Source: Polyangiales bacterium
Lineage (GTDB): Bacteria > Myxococcota_A > Polyangia > Polyangiales > Ga0077539
Length of the DNA stretch: 64,000 nt
Reading direction: 5' to 3'
Assembly: GCA_044229975.1 (NCBI GenBank)
Contig: JBGARZ010000003.1
Coordinates: 621,809-685,808 of the forward strand
This document shows positions 1 to 9,077 of the stretch, piece by piece. The notes beneath the pieces were generated by a model. It was given only the letters and a program-made list of their open reading frames with translations. It had not been told where the DNA came from and made no database searches. Position 1 is the first letter of the stretch. Every line of letters begins with the position of its first letter. The position numbers were made by a program, and so were the translations under genes.

Positions 1-246
1 CGCGCGGCCACCGACGAGATCCTGCTGGTGAAGAAGACCCGCCGCGGCCCCGTTCGACCCGTCGACGGGGTGGCGGAGGGACAGCGATCCATCGTGGCCA
101 CCGACCTGAAGGAAGCACCGTACTTCCGCGCAACGAGCTGCCCGGCGATGGTGGCGGACGATGGCGGTGTGAGGGTTCCGCGGGCGGTGTTCCAGTTTCT
201 CGGGGTGGCCGACGGAGCGGAGATCTCGGTGCTGCCGCTCGATTGA
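1..246 (+). CDS. 3' end of a gene running in from the left edge, probably arginine N-succinyltransferase (AstA family)
   Basis: Frame open from position 1. C-terminal pattern TDEI..VK..R...FRAT...DGGVRV....LGVADG.EISVLPL resembles the AstA C-terminus. Partial sequence only. Confidence 0.5.
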   Translation, partial: RAATDEILLVKKTRRGPVRPVDGVAEGQRSIVATDLKEAPYFRATSCPAMVADDGGVRVPRAVFQFLGVADGAEISVLPLD

Positions 247-295
247 GATCCAGAAAGTTCACCCTGCGGCGGGCGCCCACCTACCCTGCAAACCG

Positions 296-607
296 ATGGA
301 CGCCCTCCGCGCGCGCTTCACCCTGGCGCTGCCCCTCTTCCTGCTGCTCGTCACCGTGATCGGCGTCCCGACCATGATCTTCGGCGCCAACGGTCTGCCG
401 CGCCATCGACGACTGCGCGCGCAGCTCACGGCGCAGCTCGACGAGAACCACCGCCTCGCCACGGAGCTGCTGCGCCTGCGGTCGGAGCTCGAGGCGTTTC
501 AGCGAGACCCGCGGGCGCGCGAGCGGGCCGTGCGCGAAGAGCTCGGCTGGGTGCGTCGGGACGAGATCATCGTGGAGATCCCGGCACAGCGGGCGCGGTC
601 GCTGTAG
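296..607 (+). CDS. ftsB: Septum formation initiator FtsB/DivIC family protein
   Basis: 103 aa: single N-terminal TM, GxNGL, coiled coil, then DP...ERAVREELGWVRRDEII (DivIC signature). Confidence 0.85.
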   Translation: MDALRARFTLALPLFLLLVTVIGVPTMIFGANGLPRHRRLRAQLTAQLDENHRLATELLRLRSELEAFQRDPRARERAVREELGWVRRDEIIVEIPAQRARSL

Positions 608-670
608 CGACGACGAGGGCCGTCGCTGGTCTGCCCCATGAGCGTGCGGTAGAGGCTTTCCAGGAGCCGC

Positions 671-841
671 ATGGTGATCGTGCTCGGGGTGTTGTCGCTC
701 GCCTTCATGGGCTGCGCTGCGGGGCTGCCGCTGCTGTCGCCGCAGCCCTCGGCGGGCCCCGGGCTTGCGCCATCGGGGTGTCAGACGGTGTACCAGTACG
801 GGTCGCGATACGGCTGGGGCGGCGGCACGCACTGTCGTTGA
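671..841 (+). CDS. Small (56 aa) putative secreted protein or lipoprotein, not in the ORF track
   Basis: AGGAG at 662-666, ATG at 671. Translation MVIVLGVLSLAFMGCAAGLPLLSPQPSAGPGLAPSGCQTVYQYGSRYGWGGGTHCR. It fills the gap between ftsB and the next gene. Confidence 0.5.
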   Translation: MVIVLGVLSLAFMGCAAGLPLLSPQPSAGPGLAPSGCQTVYQYGSRYGWGGGTHCR

Positions 842-851
842 GCGGCGCGCA

Positions 852-2645
852 CTACGGAGCGAGCGACCACCGCCCCGCGAGCGGCTCCGTCGACAGTGAC
901 GCGGCGATCGCACGGGCCGCGGCCACTCGTTCCGCCATCGGTCGATCGTCATAGAACGACACGCTCGCTGCGCCCCCGGTGATGGGCTCCAACACTTCAG
1001 GAGCCGAGTGGATCCGCTCGTCGAGCACGATCGCGACGAGGTGGCGCACCGACGCGCGGGTGAGCGCCTCGAAGGCCCGCGCACCCTCTGGCGTAAACAC
1101 GACCCGCACGTACGGACTCCCATCGTCCTCCTGCGTGAGCGCCTCGGCGGACGCGATGTGACGGTTGGTGACGGCGGGCGTCGGTTCGAGCCGGAGCGCG
1201 AAGCACCGTGACTCTGGATGGCGGGAGCTACCGCTGCAGTGGATGCGCGTGACCGCGCCGGGGGCGGACTCGGAGCGGCGTACCACGGGCGCGAGCGACT
1301 CCTCCGTCGGGCCCGCGTACACGGTCGCGTAGGGGCGACCGATGACGCGAATCGCCAGCCCCTCGATGGTCGGACCGTTCGAGGGCATGAGCGGCTCCTG
1401 ATCGTCCGAAGCGCGATAGATCGCGAAGTCTCCGCGAGGTAGCAGCGACGCCACGACGGCCCGCGCGTCTCCGTCGACCACGGCCACGCGCAACGAGATG
1501 CGACCGCCGTTGGCCTCGGCCACCTCGGCGCGGTGGTGCAGCGCGCGCAGCCGTTCGACCAGGCGCGGTGCGTCGATGGAAGCCGTCGCCTCGTCGCCGC
1601 GGAGTGAGACCGTCGTCCACGCGGGCGACGGATCGAAGGACGCGACCACGTGCGACGGGATACGCCCGCCGTGGGAGACCATGCCCGCGGCCACGGCAGC
1701 GATACAGGCCAACGGGAGGGCGATCGCCGCCGCGAGGCTCGCGCGCGACGGGGCGTAGGGAGAGCGTTGCCGCAGCCAGCGTGCAATGAGGCCCGCGACC
1801 GCGAGACCCGCCGCGAGCTGAAGAGCGAGCGCGACGAAGGCGTGGGCGTGCCCGGCGCGCTCGGCGAGGAGGCTCACGCGCGACGCGGCGTAGAGCGGCA
1901 GCGGGAGCAGGTCGAGCGGAGACAGCGCCTGCACGCCGCGGAAGAAGCGCTGCGGCCACGAGCGCGGCGACCAGCGCCAGAGCGCGACGAGGAGCGCCAT
2001 GGTCGGGACGATGGTTCCAACGACGGTGCCGGCGAAATCGAGGGCGGCGTGGTCGCGTGAAGCGGCGCGGCCGTCGGCGTAGAGCGAGGCGGCGAGCGAG
2101 AGCGTGAGTTCGGCGCACACGAGCGCCATCGGGCCGTGCGCGACGTTGGCGCGGGTGATGACGGTCGCGAGCGCCCACACGGCAGCGCCGCTGAGGGCGA
2201 AGAGGGCCATCAGGCCAGCGCGAAAGGCCCACCCAGGTTCGGCGACGAGGCTGATGTACTCGTGCGTGTGCGCGGACTCCAGCCAGATCGCGGTGCTCAG
2301 ACCCTGCGTGACCATCATCAGCCCGAAGATGACGGCAGCGCGGCGGTGCCATCGCCGACGGCGTTGTTCGTCGCGGCCGTGGGTCGCGAGCGCCAGGACG
2401 GCACGCACGACGAGCACCGCGCTCAGCGCCGTCCCGACCAGCGACACGATGTGGCCGCGGCAGTACGGAGCGAAGTCAGAGGGCGACCCGAGGACGAAAG
2501 CTCGCGCGGCGTCGCGGTCGACACCCGGTAGCGGCATCGGGATGAAGTTGCCCGCCACCCAGGCGGCGAGCGCGAGCAACGCGGGCCACCAGCGGCGCGT
2601 CAGCGCGGGAGGGTCTTCGAGCGGCGGATCGCGGTAGGCGGTCAT
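852..2645 (-). CDS. Membrane protein with a SecY-like N-terminal half fused to a SecD/SecF P1-head-like domain
   Basis: N-terminus IPMPLPGVD...LVAEPGWAF...ITRANVAHG resembles SecY TM1-5. C-terminus VRVVFTPEGARAFEALT...VAIVLDERIHSAPEVLEPITGG resembles the SecD P1 head. Confidence 0.65.
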   Translation of the reverse strand: MTAYRDPPLEDPPALTRRWWPALLALAAWVAGNFIPMPLPGVDRDAARAFVLGSPSDFAPYCRGHIVSLVGTALSAVLVVRAVLALATHGRDEQRRRRWHRRAAVIFGLMMVTQGLSTAIWLESAHTHEYISLVAEPGWAFRAGLMALFALSGAAVWALATVITRANVAHGPMALVCAELTLSLAASLYADGRAASRDHAALDFAGTVVGTIVPTMALLVALWRWSPRSWPQRFFRGVQALSPLDLLPLPLYAASRVSLLAERAGHAHAFVALALQLAAGLAVAGLIARWLRQRSPYAPSRASLAAAIALPLACIAAVAAGMVSHGGRIPSHVVASFDPSPAWTTVSLRGDEATASIDAPRLVERLRALHHRAEVAEANGGRISLRVAVVDGDARAVVASLLPRGDFAIYRASDDQEPLMPSNGPTIEGLAIRVIGRPYATVYAGPTEESLAPVVRRSESAPGAVTRIHCSGSSRHPESRCFALRLEPTPAVTNRHIASAEALTQEDDGSPYVRVVFTPEGARAFEALTRASVRHLVAIVLDERIHSAPEVLEPITGGAASVSFYDDRPMAERVAAARAIAASLSTEPLAGRWSLAP

Positions 2646-2715
2646 GGTCGAGCGTTCCCCGTCGGCGCGTTCTGCGCAGAGCGGGACTCTACAAGAAGGC
2701 GATCGTGGCCCGAGA

Positions 2716-3372
2716 TCAGTTCGCGCCTGCGCGGATCCAGTCTTCGACGAGCGCGATCTCGGCCGCGGTGCGCACCGCGAGCCCGTTGTGGTTGAAGCCG
2801 CAGCCGTCGGTGCGACCGCGAAGGATCGCCACGAGTGAGCTCTGCGCCGGGTCGCACGGGGCGACGTGCAGGCAGTTGCGCCCGCGCACGTTGACGAGGT
2901 TGGCGAAGGCCGTCGCGGCGCTGGTCAGCTCGAAGACCTCGCCCGGATTGCCGTGGCATCGGCTGCTGGTGGTGCAGCCCGCGGGGCGCGAACTCGAATC
3001 GCCCATCACCGTGTCGTAGATCAACTGGAACTGGGGCGACGGAACGCCACCGTCCGCATGTGAACAGGCCGACCCGTCCGCGCTCGCACTGACGTCGACG
3101 CCACGATCGATCGGCACGTCCATGGGCGTGGTCGCATCCGTGACGCCACTGTCGAAGCCACGATCGCCGGGGACATCCATCACCGTCGGTGCGTCGATGC
3201 TCGCGCGGTCGATGGGCACGTCGACGACACCGGCGTCACTCCCTGCATCCGCCGCGGGAACATCACTCGCGGCGTCATCGACCACCGCCGTCTCGGCGCA
3301 GCCGATGGCCATCACGACCACCATCCAGCGACCCCGCCTCGACCACCCACGCAGACCTCGACCCGTCGACAT
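2716..3372 (-). CDS. Putative lipoprotein with low-complexity linker and C-terminal Cys-containing domain (CxxxxxCH)
   Basis: Hydrophobic stretch + AIGC lipobox, D/A/P-rich linker, CTTSSRCHG and later VAPCDPAQS. Start uncertain (3372 or 3324). Confidence 0.6.
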   Translation of the reverse strand: MSTGRGLRGWSRRGRWMVVVMAIGCAETAVVDDAASDVPAADAGSDAGVVDVPIDRASIDAPTVMDVPGDRGFDSGVTDATTPMDVPIDRGVDVSASADGSACSHADGGVPSPQFQLIYDTVMGDSSSRPAGCTTSSRCHGNPGEVFELTSAATAFANLVNVRGRNCLHVAPCDPAQSSLVAILRGRTDGCGFNHNGLAVRTAAEIALVEDWIRAGAN

Positions 3373-3522
3373 CGCGATGCTCCTCGTCCGCGTGCGTGGC
3401 CGTCGCCTCCGCGATCCGTCATCGCGCCCTTCGATTCGCCCTCCGCCGCTCACAGTGTAGGCACTCGGCCGTTTTCTTGCGGCACCGCTCCGCCCGCTGC
3501 TACCGGCCCTGCCCAGGGTGCG

Positions 3523-5724
3523 ATGCCGCGCATGAACATGGTCGTGCTCTTCGGTTCGGTTCGGCGCGTCGCGCGGGTCGTCGCCGCGCCCGCGGTCACC
3601 CTCGCCGTGGCCGCGCGCATCGCCGATGGGGCCATGCGGCCCGGAACCATCCACGTCCTCGACGGCGTCGTCGTCGGCGCCGGTGCCGTGGGCCTCGTGC
3701 TGCGGCTCATGCCCATCAAGCGTCGCGCGGTCGACGGCGAGCAACCCCCGCTCGACCTCGGCGCGGCCATCCTCTGCCTCTCGCTCACCTACGCGCTCAC
3801 ATCCGTCGGCGGCGGCCTCGCCGGTCCCCTCTCGGCGCTCCCGCTGCTGGTGCTGGCCGCGGCCGTCGCGCTCGGCGCCCCCAGGCGCACCTGGGTCGTC
3901 GTCGTCTGCGCGGTTCTCCTCGAGCTCGCCCTCCACCACGCCGCCTTCCCGGCGCTCGACCCGCGCGACCTCGGACTACGCCTCGCCGTCGTGCTCGGCA
4001 GCGCCGCCATCCACTTCATGCTCACGCGCGCCGAGGTGCTCCGCGTGCGCGCCCACGCCCGCACGCTCCTCCACGACGAGCGCCGACGGCAGCGCGACTC
4101 CGCCCGCTCGCTGCGCCTCGGCGCCACCGCCTCGCAGGCGAGCGCGCGCCCGAAGGGGAGCGAAGAGGCGCGCACCCGCGGCAGCCTCGAAGAGATCCAC
4201 GCCTCGCTCGTCGGGCTGCTCAACCTCACGCGGCGGACGATGCAGCTCCGCACCTGCGCGCTGCTCTGGGTCGACGCGAAGGGCCAGCACCTGCGCCTCG
4301 TCGAGGCGGCGACGGACGACGCGATCCAGACCGAGCCCATCCCCTCGGGGGCGGGCGCGCTTGGAGCCGTGATGCAGCTCGGTCGGCCGGTGGCGCTGTC
4401 GAGCCTGCGCCCCGACTACGCGGGCCTGCCGTACTACCCGACGCCGTCGGGTGTGCGGTGCTTCGCGGGCGTCCCCGTGATGGACGACGGCGCCGTGCGC
4501 GGTGTGTTGGCAGCCGACCGCGACGACGACCGGGGCTTCACCGCGGAGGAGCAGGCGACGCTGGAGAGCGTGGCGCTCCAGGCCCGGCGGCTCATCAACA
4601 ACGAGCGCGTCTTCGCCCGCCTCGAACGCATCAAGAACGACATGACCGCCCTCTTCGAAGCCTCGCGCGCCCTCGGCGAAGCGATGACCGAAGACCAGTG
4701 CCTCACCGCCCTCGCCCACGCCGCGCAGTCCATCGCGCCGCACGACCTGCTGGTGTTCACGGCCTACGACGCGATCGCCGATCGGCACCGCGTCCGGCAC
4801 GTCGCGGGTGAGGCGCCCGCCGGGCTCGCGACGGCGGAGTTCGCCGACAACGGTGGCCTCGTTGCGGCCTCGGTGCGCTCACGCGTCGCGCTGCCGTACC
4901 GCGGTCAGGTCGACCCGAAGACGCAGTTCGTGTTCACCAAGGCGCTGCCCCTGAAGACCATGACCTCGGTGCTGGTGCTGCCCCTCGTGGCGCGCGACAA
5001 GGCCCTCGGAACGCTCACCCTCTGCGCCCAGCGCAAGGGCGCCTTTCCCGAGGCCATCCGTCAGCTCTTCGGCGTGCTCGCCTCGCACGCGTCGGTGACG
5101 CTCGCCAACGCCGCCGCGGTGCGCCGCCTGGAGGAGATGGCCACCACCGACCCGATGACGGGGCACCTCAACAAGCGCGCGCTGGAGACGGAGTTCGAGC
5201 AGCGGCTGCGGGCGGCGGCGCGCTTCGGTCGAACGCTCGGGCTCATCGTGCTCGACATCGACAAGTTCAAGACCGTCAACGACACCTACGGTCACGCCGT
5301 GGGTGACGTGGTCATCAAGGGGCTCGGCGCCGTGCTCGGCCGCTGCCGACGCGAGACGGACATCATCGCGCGCTTCGGCGGCGAGGAGTTCGTGCTGGTG
5401 TGCGAGCAGACCGACGCGGCGGGGACCTTCCTGCTGGCCGAGCGCATCCGCGAAGAGCTTCAGCGCGAGGTGTTTCGCACCGAGCACGGGGCGCTCAGCG
5501 TGACCTGCTCGCTCGGCGTGGCGGCGTTTCCGGGCGACGGCGACACCCGCGGCGGGCTCTTCGAGAAGGCCGACCAGGCCCTCTACGCGGCCAAGCACGG
5601 CGGCCGCAACCAGACCCGCTCGGCCTCGCCGGTGGAGGGCGCTGCGGATGGTGCGCGCAAGGCCGCGGTCAGCACGAGGCGCGCGCCGAAGCCTTCGTCG
5701 TCGAAGGTCGCGAAGTCGGCCTGA
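3523..5724 (+). CDS. Membrane-bound GAF-GAF-GGDEF diguanylate cyclase
   Basis: N-terminal TMs, two GAF-like regions, then DPMTGHLN, DIDKFKTVNDTYGHAVGD and RFGGEEF. RETD I-site-like motif just upstream of GGEEF. Confidence 0.92.
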   Translation: MPRMNMVVLFGSVRRVARVVAAPAVTLAVAARIADGAMRPGTIHVLDGVVVGAGAVGLVLRLMPIKRRAVDGEQPPLDLGAAILCLSLTYALTSVGGGLAGPLSALPLLVLAAAVALGAPRRTWVVVVCAVLLELALHHAAFPALDPRDLGLRLAVVLGSAAIHFMLTRAEVLRVRAHARTLLHDERRRQRDSARSLRLGATASQASARPKGSEEARTRGSLEEIHASLVGLLNLTRRTMQLRTCALLWVDAKGQHLRLVEAATDDAIQTEPIPSGAGALGAVMQLGRPVALSSLRPDYAGLPYYPTPSGVRCFAGVPVMDDGAVRGVLAADRDDDRGFTAEEQATLESVALQARRLINNERVFARLERIKNDMTALFEASRALGEAMTEDQCLTALAHAAQSIAPHDLLVFTAYDAIADRHRVRHVAGEAPAGLATAEFADNGGLVAASVRSRVALPYRGQVDPKTQFVFTKALPLKTMTSVLVLPLVARDKALGTLTLCAQRKGAFPEAIRQLFGVLASHASVTLANAAAVRRLEEMATTDPMTGHLNKRALETEFEQRLRAAARFGRTLGLIVLDIDKFKTVNDTYGHAVGDVVIKGLGAVLGRCRRETDIIARFGGEEFVLVCEQTDAAGTFLLAERIREELQREVFRTEHGALSVTCSLGVAAFPGDGDTRGGLFEKADQALYAAKHGGRNQTRSASPVEGAADGARKAAVSTRRAPKPSSSKVAKSA

Positions 5725-8103
5725 TCAGAGCGGCGTGAAGCGCACGCGCGTGGTCGGAGTGACGGTGCCGACGTAGTTCACGCCGCGGGGAGAGGTGACC
5801 GAGCGGAAGTCCTGCAGGCCGACCGTGACGTTGGTCGGCGACACCACGGGGGTGCCTCCCGGCGACATGAACGGCGTGTTGAAGACCATGTCGAGGTAGC
5901 CCGCGGACTCGTAGGCGATGAGCTCGTAGGCGAAGGCAGTCGGGTCGAGCGTGCCTTCGGAGCTGTCGTAGAGCTGCGCGCCCGACGACTGCACGACGAA
6001 GCGACGGTTGGGCGCGGCGCCCTGCACCGCGACGCACACGCCCTGCGAACCCTGCACGAGGTCGATGCCGAAGACGTACGCCGCCGGGAGGGGCGTTCCG
6101 GCCCGCGGGAGAGAGTTGTAGTGGCGCCACGGCATCGTCATGGGGAGGGCCGTGATGTTGGCGTAGTAGTCGCCAAACCCGACCCAGCCGTTGGAGCTCA
6201 CGAAGTAGGTGAAGTTCGTCGAGCCCCAGAACTCCACCGGAAACGGCAGGATGCCTCGCTCGATGGCGTCGTCCTGGTTGGCCAGGATGCGCGTCATCCC
6301 GGGCAGCGAACACGCCTCGATCCAATCGACGCCCATGGGGGAGGTGCCAACGCTGTAGCCCGCGAAGGTCGGAAGCGAGCAGCGCCCCGCGACGCAGGTA
6401 CGGCCTCCCGTGCAGACGTTGCCACACGCGCCGCAGTGCTGGTTGTTGGCGACGGGCTCGGTCTCGCACCCGTTGGCCGCGAGGCCGTCGCAGTCGGCGT
6501 AGTTGGGGTTGCAGGTCGTGACGGTGCAGGCGCTCGCCGCGCAGGTTCCCGTCCCGTTGGCAGGCGCGCAGGCACGACCGCAGGCGCCGCAGTCGGTGCT
6601 GCTCGCCCGCACGTCGGTCTCGCAGCCGTTGAGCGCGTTGCCATCACAGTTGCCGAAGCCCGGCAGGCAGGTGATGCCGCACACCCCCGCAGCGCAGGAG
6701 GGCACCGAGTTGGGCCGCGTCGGACACGGCCGACCGCAGCCGCCGCAGTGCGTGATGGACGTGGTGGTGTCGACCTCGCACCCGTTGGCGGCGACCCCGT
6801 CGCAGTTGCCCGCGCCGGTCGAGCACGCCCCGAGCACGCACGCCCCCGCGACGCAGGTCGCCGCGGCCTGCGTGAACGCGCAGCTCCGACCGCACGCGCC
6901 GCAGTGCGCGACGGAGGTGGCGAGCGTCGTCTCGCAGCCGTTGTTGGTGTCACCGTCGCAGTTGTCGAAGCCGGTGTCGCAGCGGCCGATGGCGCACGCG
7001 CCCGCGACACACACCGCCGAGCCGCGGCTGAAGAGGCAGGCGGTGCTGCACAGCCGGCAGTGGTTCGCGTCGCTGAGGAGGTCGACCTCGCAGCCGTTGG
7101 CCGTGTCGCCGTCGCAGTCGCCGCGGCCGGTGGCGCACGCGGTGCGCGTACACACGCCGCCGACACACGCGGCCGTACCCCCGGCGATGGTGCACGCGCT
7201 GGCGCAGCGACCGCAGTGGGTGAGCGACCGGGCGACGTCGGTCTCGCAGCCGTTGGTCGGGTCGCCGTCGCAGTCGCCGTAGCCCATGGCGCACGCGTAC
7301 GAGCACGCCCCGCTCGCGCACGACGCGACGGTGTTGGGCCGCTCGGCGCACGGCCGACCGCAGCCGCCGCAGTGGGCGACCGAGGACTGGGTGTTGGCCT
7401 CGCAGCCGTTGGTGGGGTCGCCGTCGCAGTCGCCGAAGGGCTCGTTGCAGCGACCGACGCCGCAGCGGCTCGCCACACACGCCGGAACACCATTGGCCGA
7501 TGTGCAGAGCGAGCCACACACGCCGCAGTGGTTGGGGTCGGCCGCGGTGTCGACGCAGGCGCCGCCGCAGCAGGTGCGATCGGCGGGGCAGCCGCGCGCG
7601 GCGTCGCAACCGGCCACGCAGGCGCGGTCGAGGCAGCGCGTGCCGACGGGGCACTGGTCGGTGGTGAGACACTGCACGCACGCGTGGGTGGCCGGGTCGC
7701 AGTGCGACGCGGGAGCGCCCGCATCGGGGGCGCCCGCATCGGAGGTCATGGCGAGGCAGGCGTCGTCGTCGCGGCAGCCGGCAGCGCAGGTGTGATCGGC
7801 GGTGCAGTAGCGGCCATCGCCGCAGACATCGCGAGCGACGGTGCAGGCGACGCAGCGGCCTGCGACGGTGTCGCACACGGGGCGCTCGCTCGACGCGAGG
7901 CCACACTCCTCGTCGTTGGCGCAGACGGTGGTGGCGGCGTCGGGGGTGTCCATGGTTCCGACGACGTCGGTGGTGAGCGTATCGACGACGGAGGCGTCGA
8001 CGGGAGCGGCGCCGGGGACGTAGCGGTCCCACTCCCACGAGCAACCGAGGGCGGCGCAGAGCGAGGCGAGCGAAGCGGCGCGGAGGATGATGGAGTGGCG
8101 CAT
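5725..8103 (-). CDS. Cys-rich repeat lipoprotein (myxobacterial CDG..NGCE..HCG.CG repeats)
   Basis: ATG at 8103 overlaps the upstream stop; ALGC lipobox; about 7 repeats of G.CDG...NGCE......HCG.CG..C; globular C-terminal domain. Confidence 0.8.
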   Translation of the reverse strand: MRHSIILRAASLASLCAALGCSWEWDRYVPGAAPVDASVVDTLTTDVVGTMDTPDAATTVCANDEECGLASSERPVCDTVAGRCVACTVARDVCGDGRYCTADHTCAAGCRDDDACLAMTSDAGAPDAGAPASHCDPATHACVQCLTTDQCPVGTRCLDRACVAGCDAARGCPADRTCCGGACVDTAADPNHCGVCGSLCTSANGVPACVASRCGVGRCNEPFGDCDGDPTNGCEANTQSSVAHCGGCGRPCAERPNTVASCASGACSYACAMGYGDCDGDPTNGCETDVARSLTHCGRCASACTIAGGTAACVGGVCTRTACATGRGDCDGDTANGCEVDLLSDANHCRLCSTACLFSRGSAVCVAGACAIGRCDTGFDNCDGDTNNGCETTLATSVAHCGACGRSCAFTQAAATCVAGACVLGACSTGAGNCDGVAANGCEVDTTTSITHCGGCGRPCPTRPNSVPSCAAGVCGITCLPGFGNCDGNALNGCETDVRASSTDCGACGRACAPANGTGTCAASACTVTTCNPNYADCDGLAANGCETEPVANNQHCGACGNVCTGGRTCVAGRCSLPTFAGYSVGTSPMGVDWIEACSLPGMTRILANQDDAIERGILPFPVEFWGSTNFTYFVSSNGWVGFGDYYANITALPMTMPWRHYNSLPRAGTPLPAAYVFGIDLVQGSQGVCVAVQGAAPNRRFVVQSSGAQLYDSSEGTLDPTAFAYELIAYESAGYLDMVFNTPFMSPGGTPVVSPTNVTVGLQDFRSVTSPRGVNYVGTVTPTTRVRFTPL

Positions 8104-9071
8104 CAGAAGGTTCCTCCCACGCCGAGGCTGCGAGGACCGATGGCGACCGAGACGGGCGGCGGCGTCGACGATCGACCGATGGCGAAGAGGGTGATGGCCG
8201 CGGCGGCGCCCGCGATGCCGACGCCGAGCGAGATGTTGGTGAGGAGCTGATAGGTGCGCCCCGCGTCGACCTCGCTTTGCGGGATCGCGGAGCACGGCGT
8301 CACCGGGCAGCGTTGACCGAAGTCGTCGAAGCGACCGCTGGCCAGCACATAGAAGCCCGCGAACCCGGCGAAGCCGACCGCGCCGACGCCAACGCCGATC
8401 CAGCCGAGCGCGCGGGGCGGACCACGACGCGGGGGTGGCGCAACGGGCGGCGGAGTGTTGACCACGACCGCGGGCGCGGTGACCTCCGGCTCGGGGAGGC
8501 GACGCAGCGCCACGCTCACCGTCGCCTCACGACCGACGGCCACCTCCGCACTGCGCTCTTCGCGCTCGAAGCCAGGCGCCTCGACGACGATGGCGAGCGC
8601 GCCGGGCATCACCGGGATGGCGATGCCGAGCGCCGCAACCGGGATCTCTCGCCCGTTGACGTGCACCGACGCCGTCGCGGGGATGTCCGGGATGGTCAGC
8701 GTGAGGCGACCGACACGGGCCTCCGCTTGCGAGAGCTCTGCCTGCGCGGCGTCGCGGGTCTGTCGGTACCGCGGGTCTTGCAGCGCGCGGTCGGCGGCCT
8801 CGCGAACAGCGCGTTCGAACTCCGGCACGGCCTCATCGAAGCGGCCGAGCTCGCGCAGACAGCGACCGAGATAGAGCCGGGTGTTGGGCGATCCGAAGAG
8901 GGCGATGGACGCGCGAAACTCCTCCAACGCGTGGGGATAGTCGTGGGCGTCGTAGAGCGCCGTGCCGCGGGTGAAGCGCTGCTGCGCGAAGGCCGGGCTC
9001 TCCTGCGCCGACGCGACCGAAGGGAGGGAGGCACCGACGAGGGCGGCGAAAACGAAAGGAAGAGTTCGCAT
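8103..9071 (-). CDS. TPR + PEGA domain protein
   Basis: Signal peptide, TPR-like helices (F.RG..LY...ALEEF...LYLGRCLRELGR), PEGA-like beta region and C-terminal TMs; typical myxobacterial architecture. Confidence 0.8.
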   Translation of the reverse strand: MRTLPFVFAALVGASLPSVASAQESPAFAQQRFTRGTALYDAHDYPHALEEFRASIALFGSPNTRLYLGRCLRELGRFDEAVPEFERAVREAADRALQDPRYRQTRDAAQAELSQAEARVGRLTLTIPDIPATASVHVNGREIPVAALGIAIPVMPGALAIVVEAPGFEREERSAEVAVGREATVSVALRRLPEPEVTAPAVVVNTPPPVAPPPRRGPPRALGWIGVGVGAVGFAGFAGFYVLASGRFDDFGQRCPVTPCSAIPQSEVDAGRTYQLLTNISLGVGIAGAAAAITLFAIGRSSTPPPVSVAIGPRSLGVGGTF

Positions 9072-9077
9072 GGGAGG

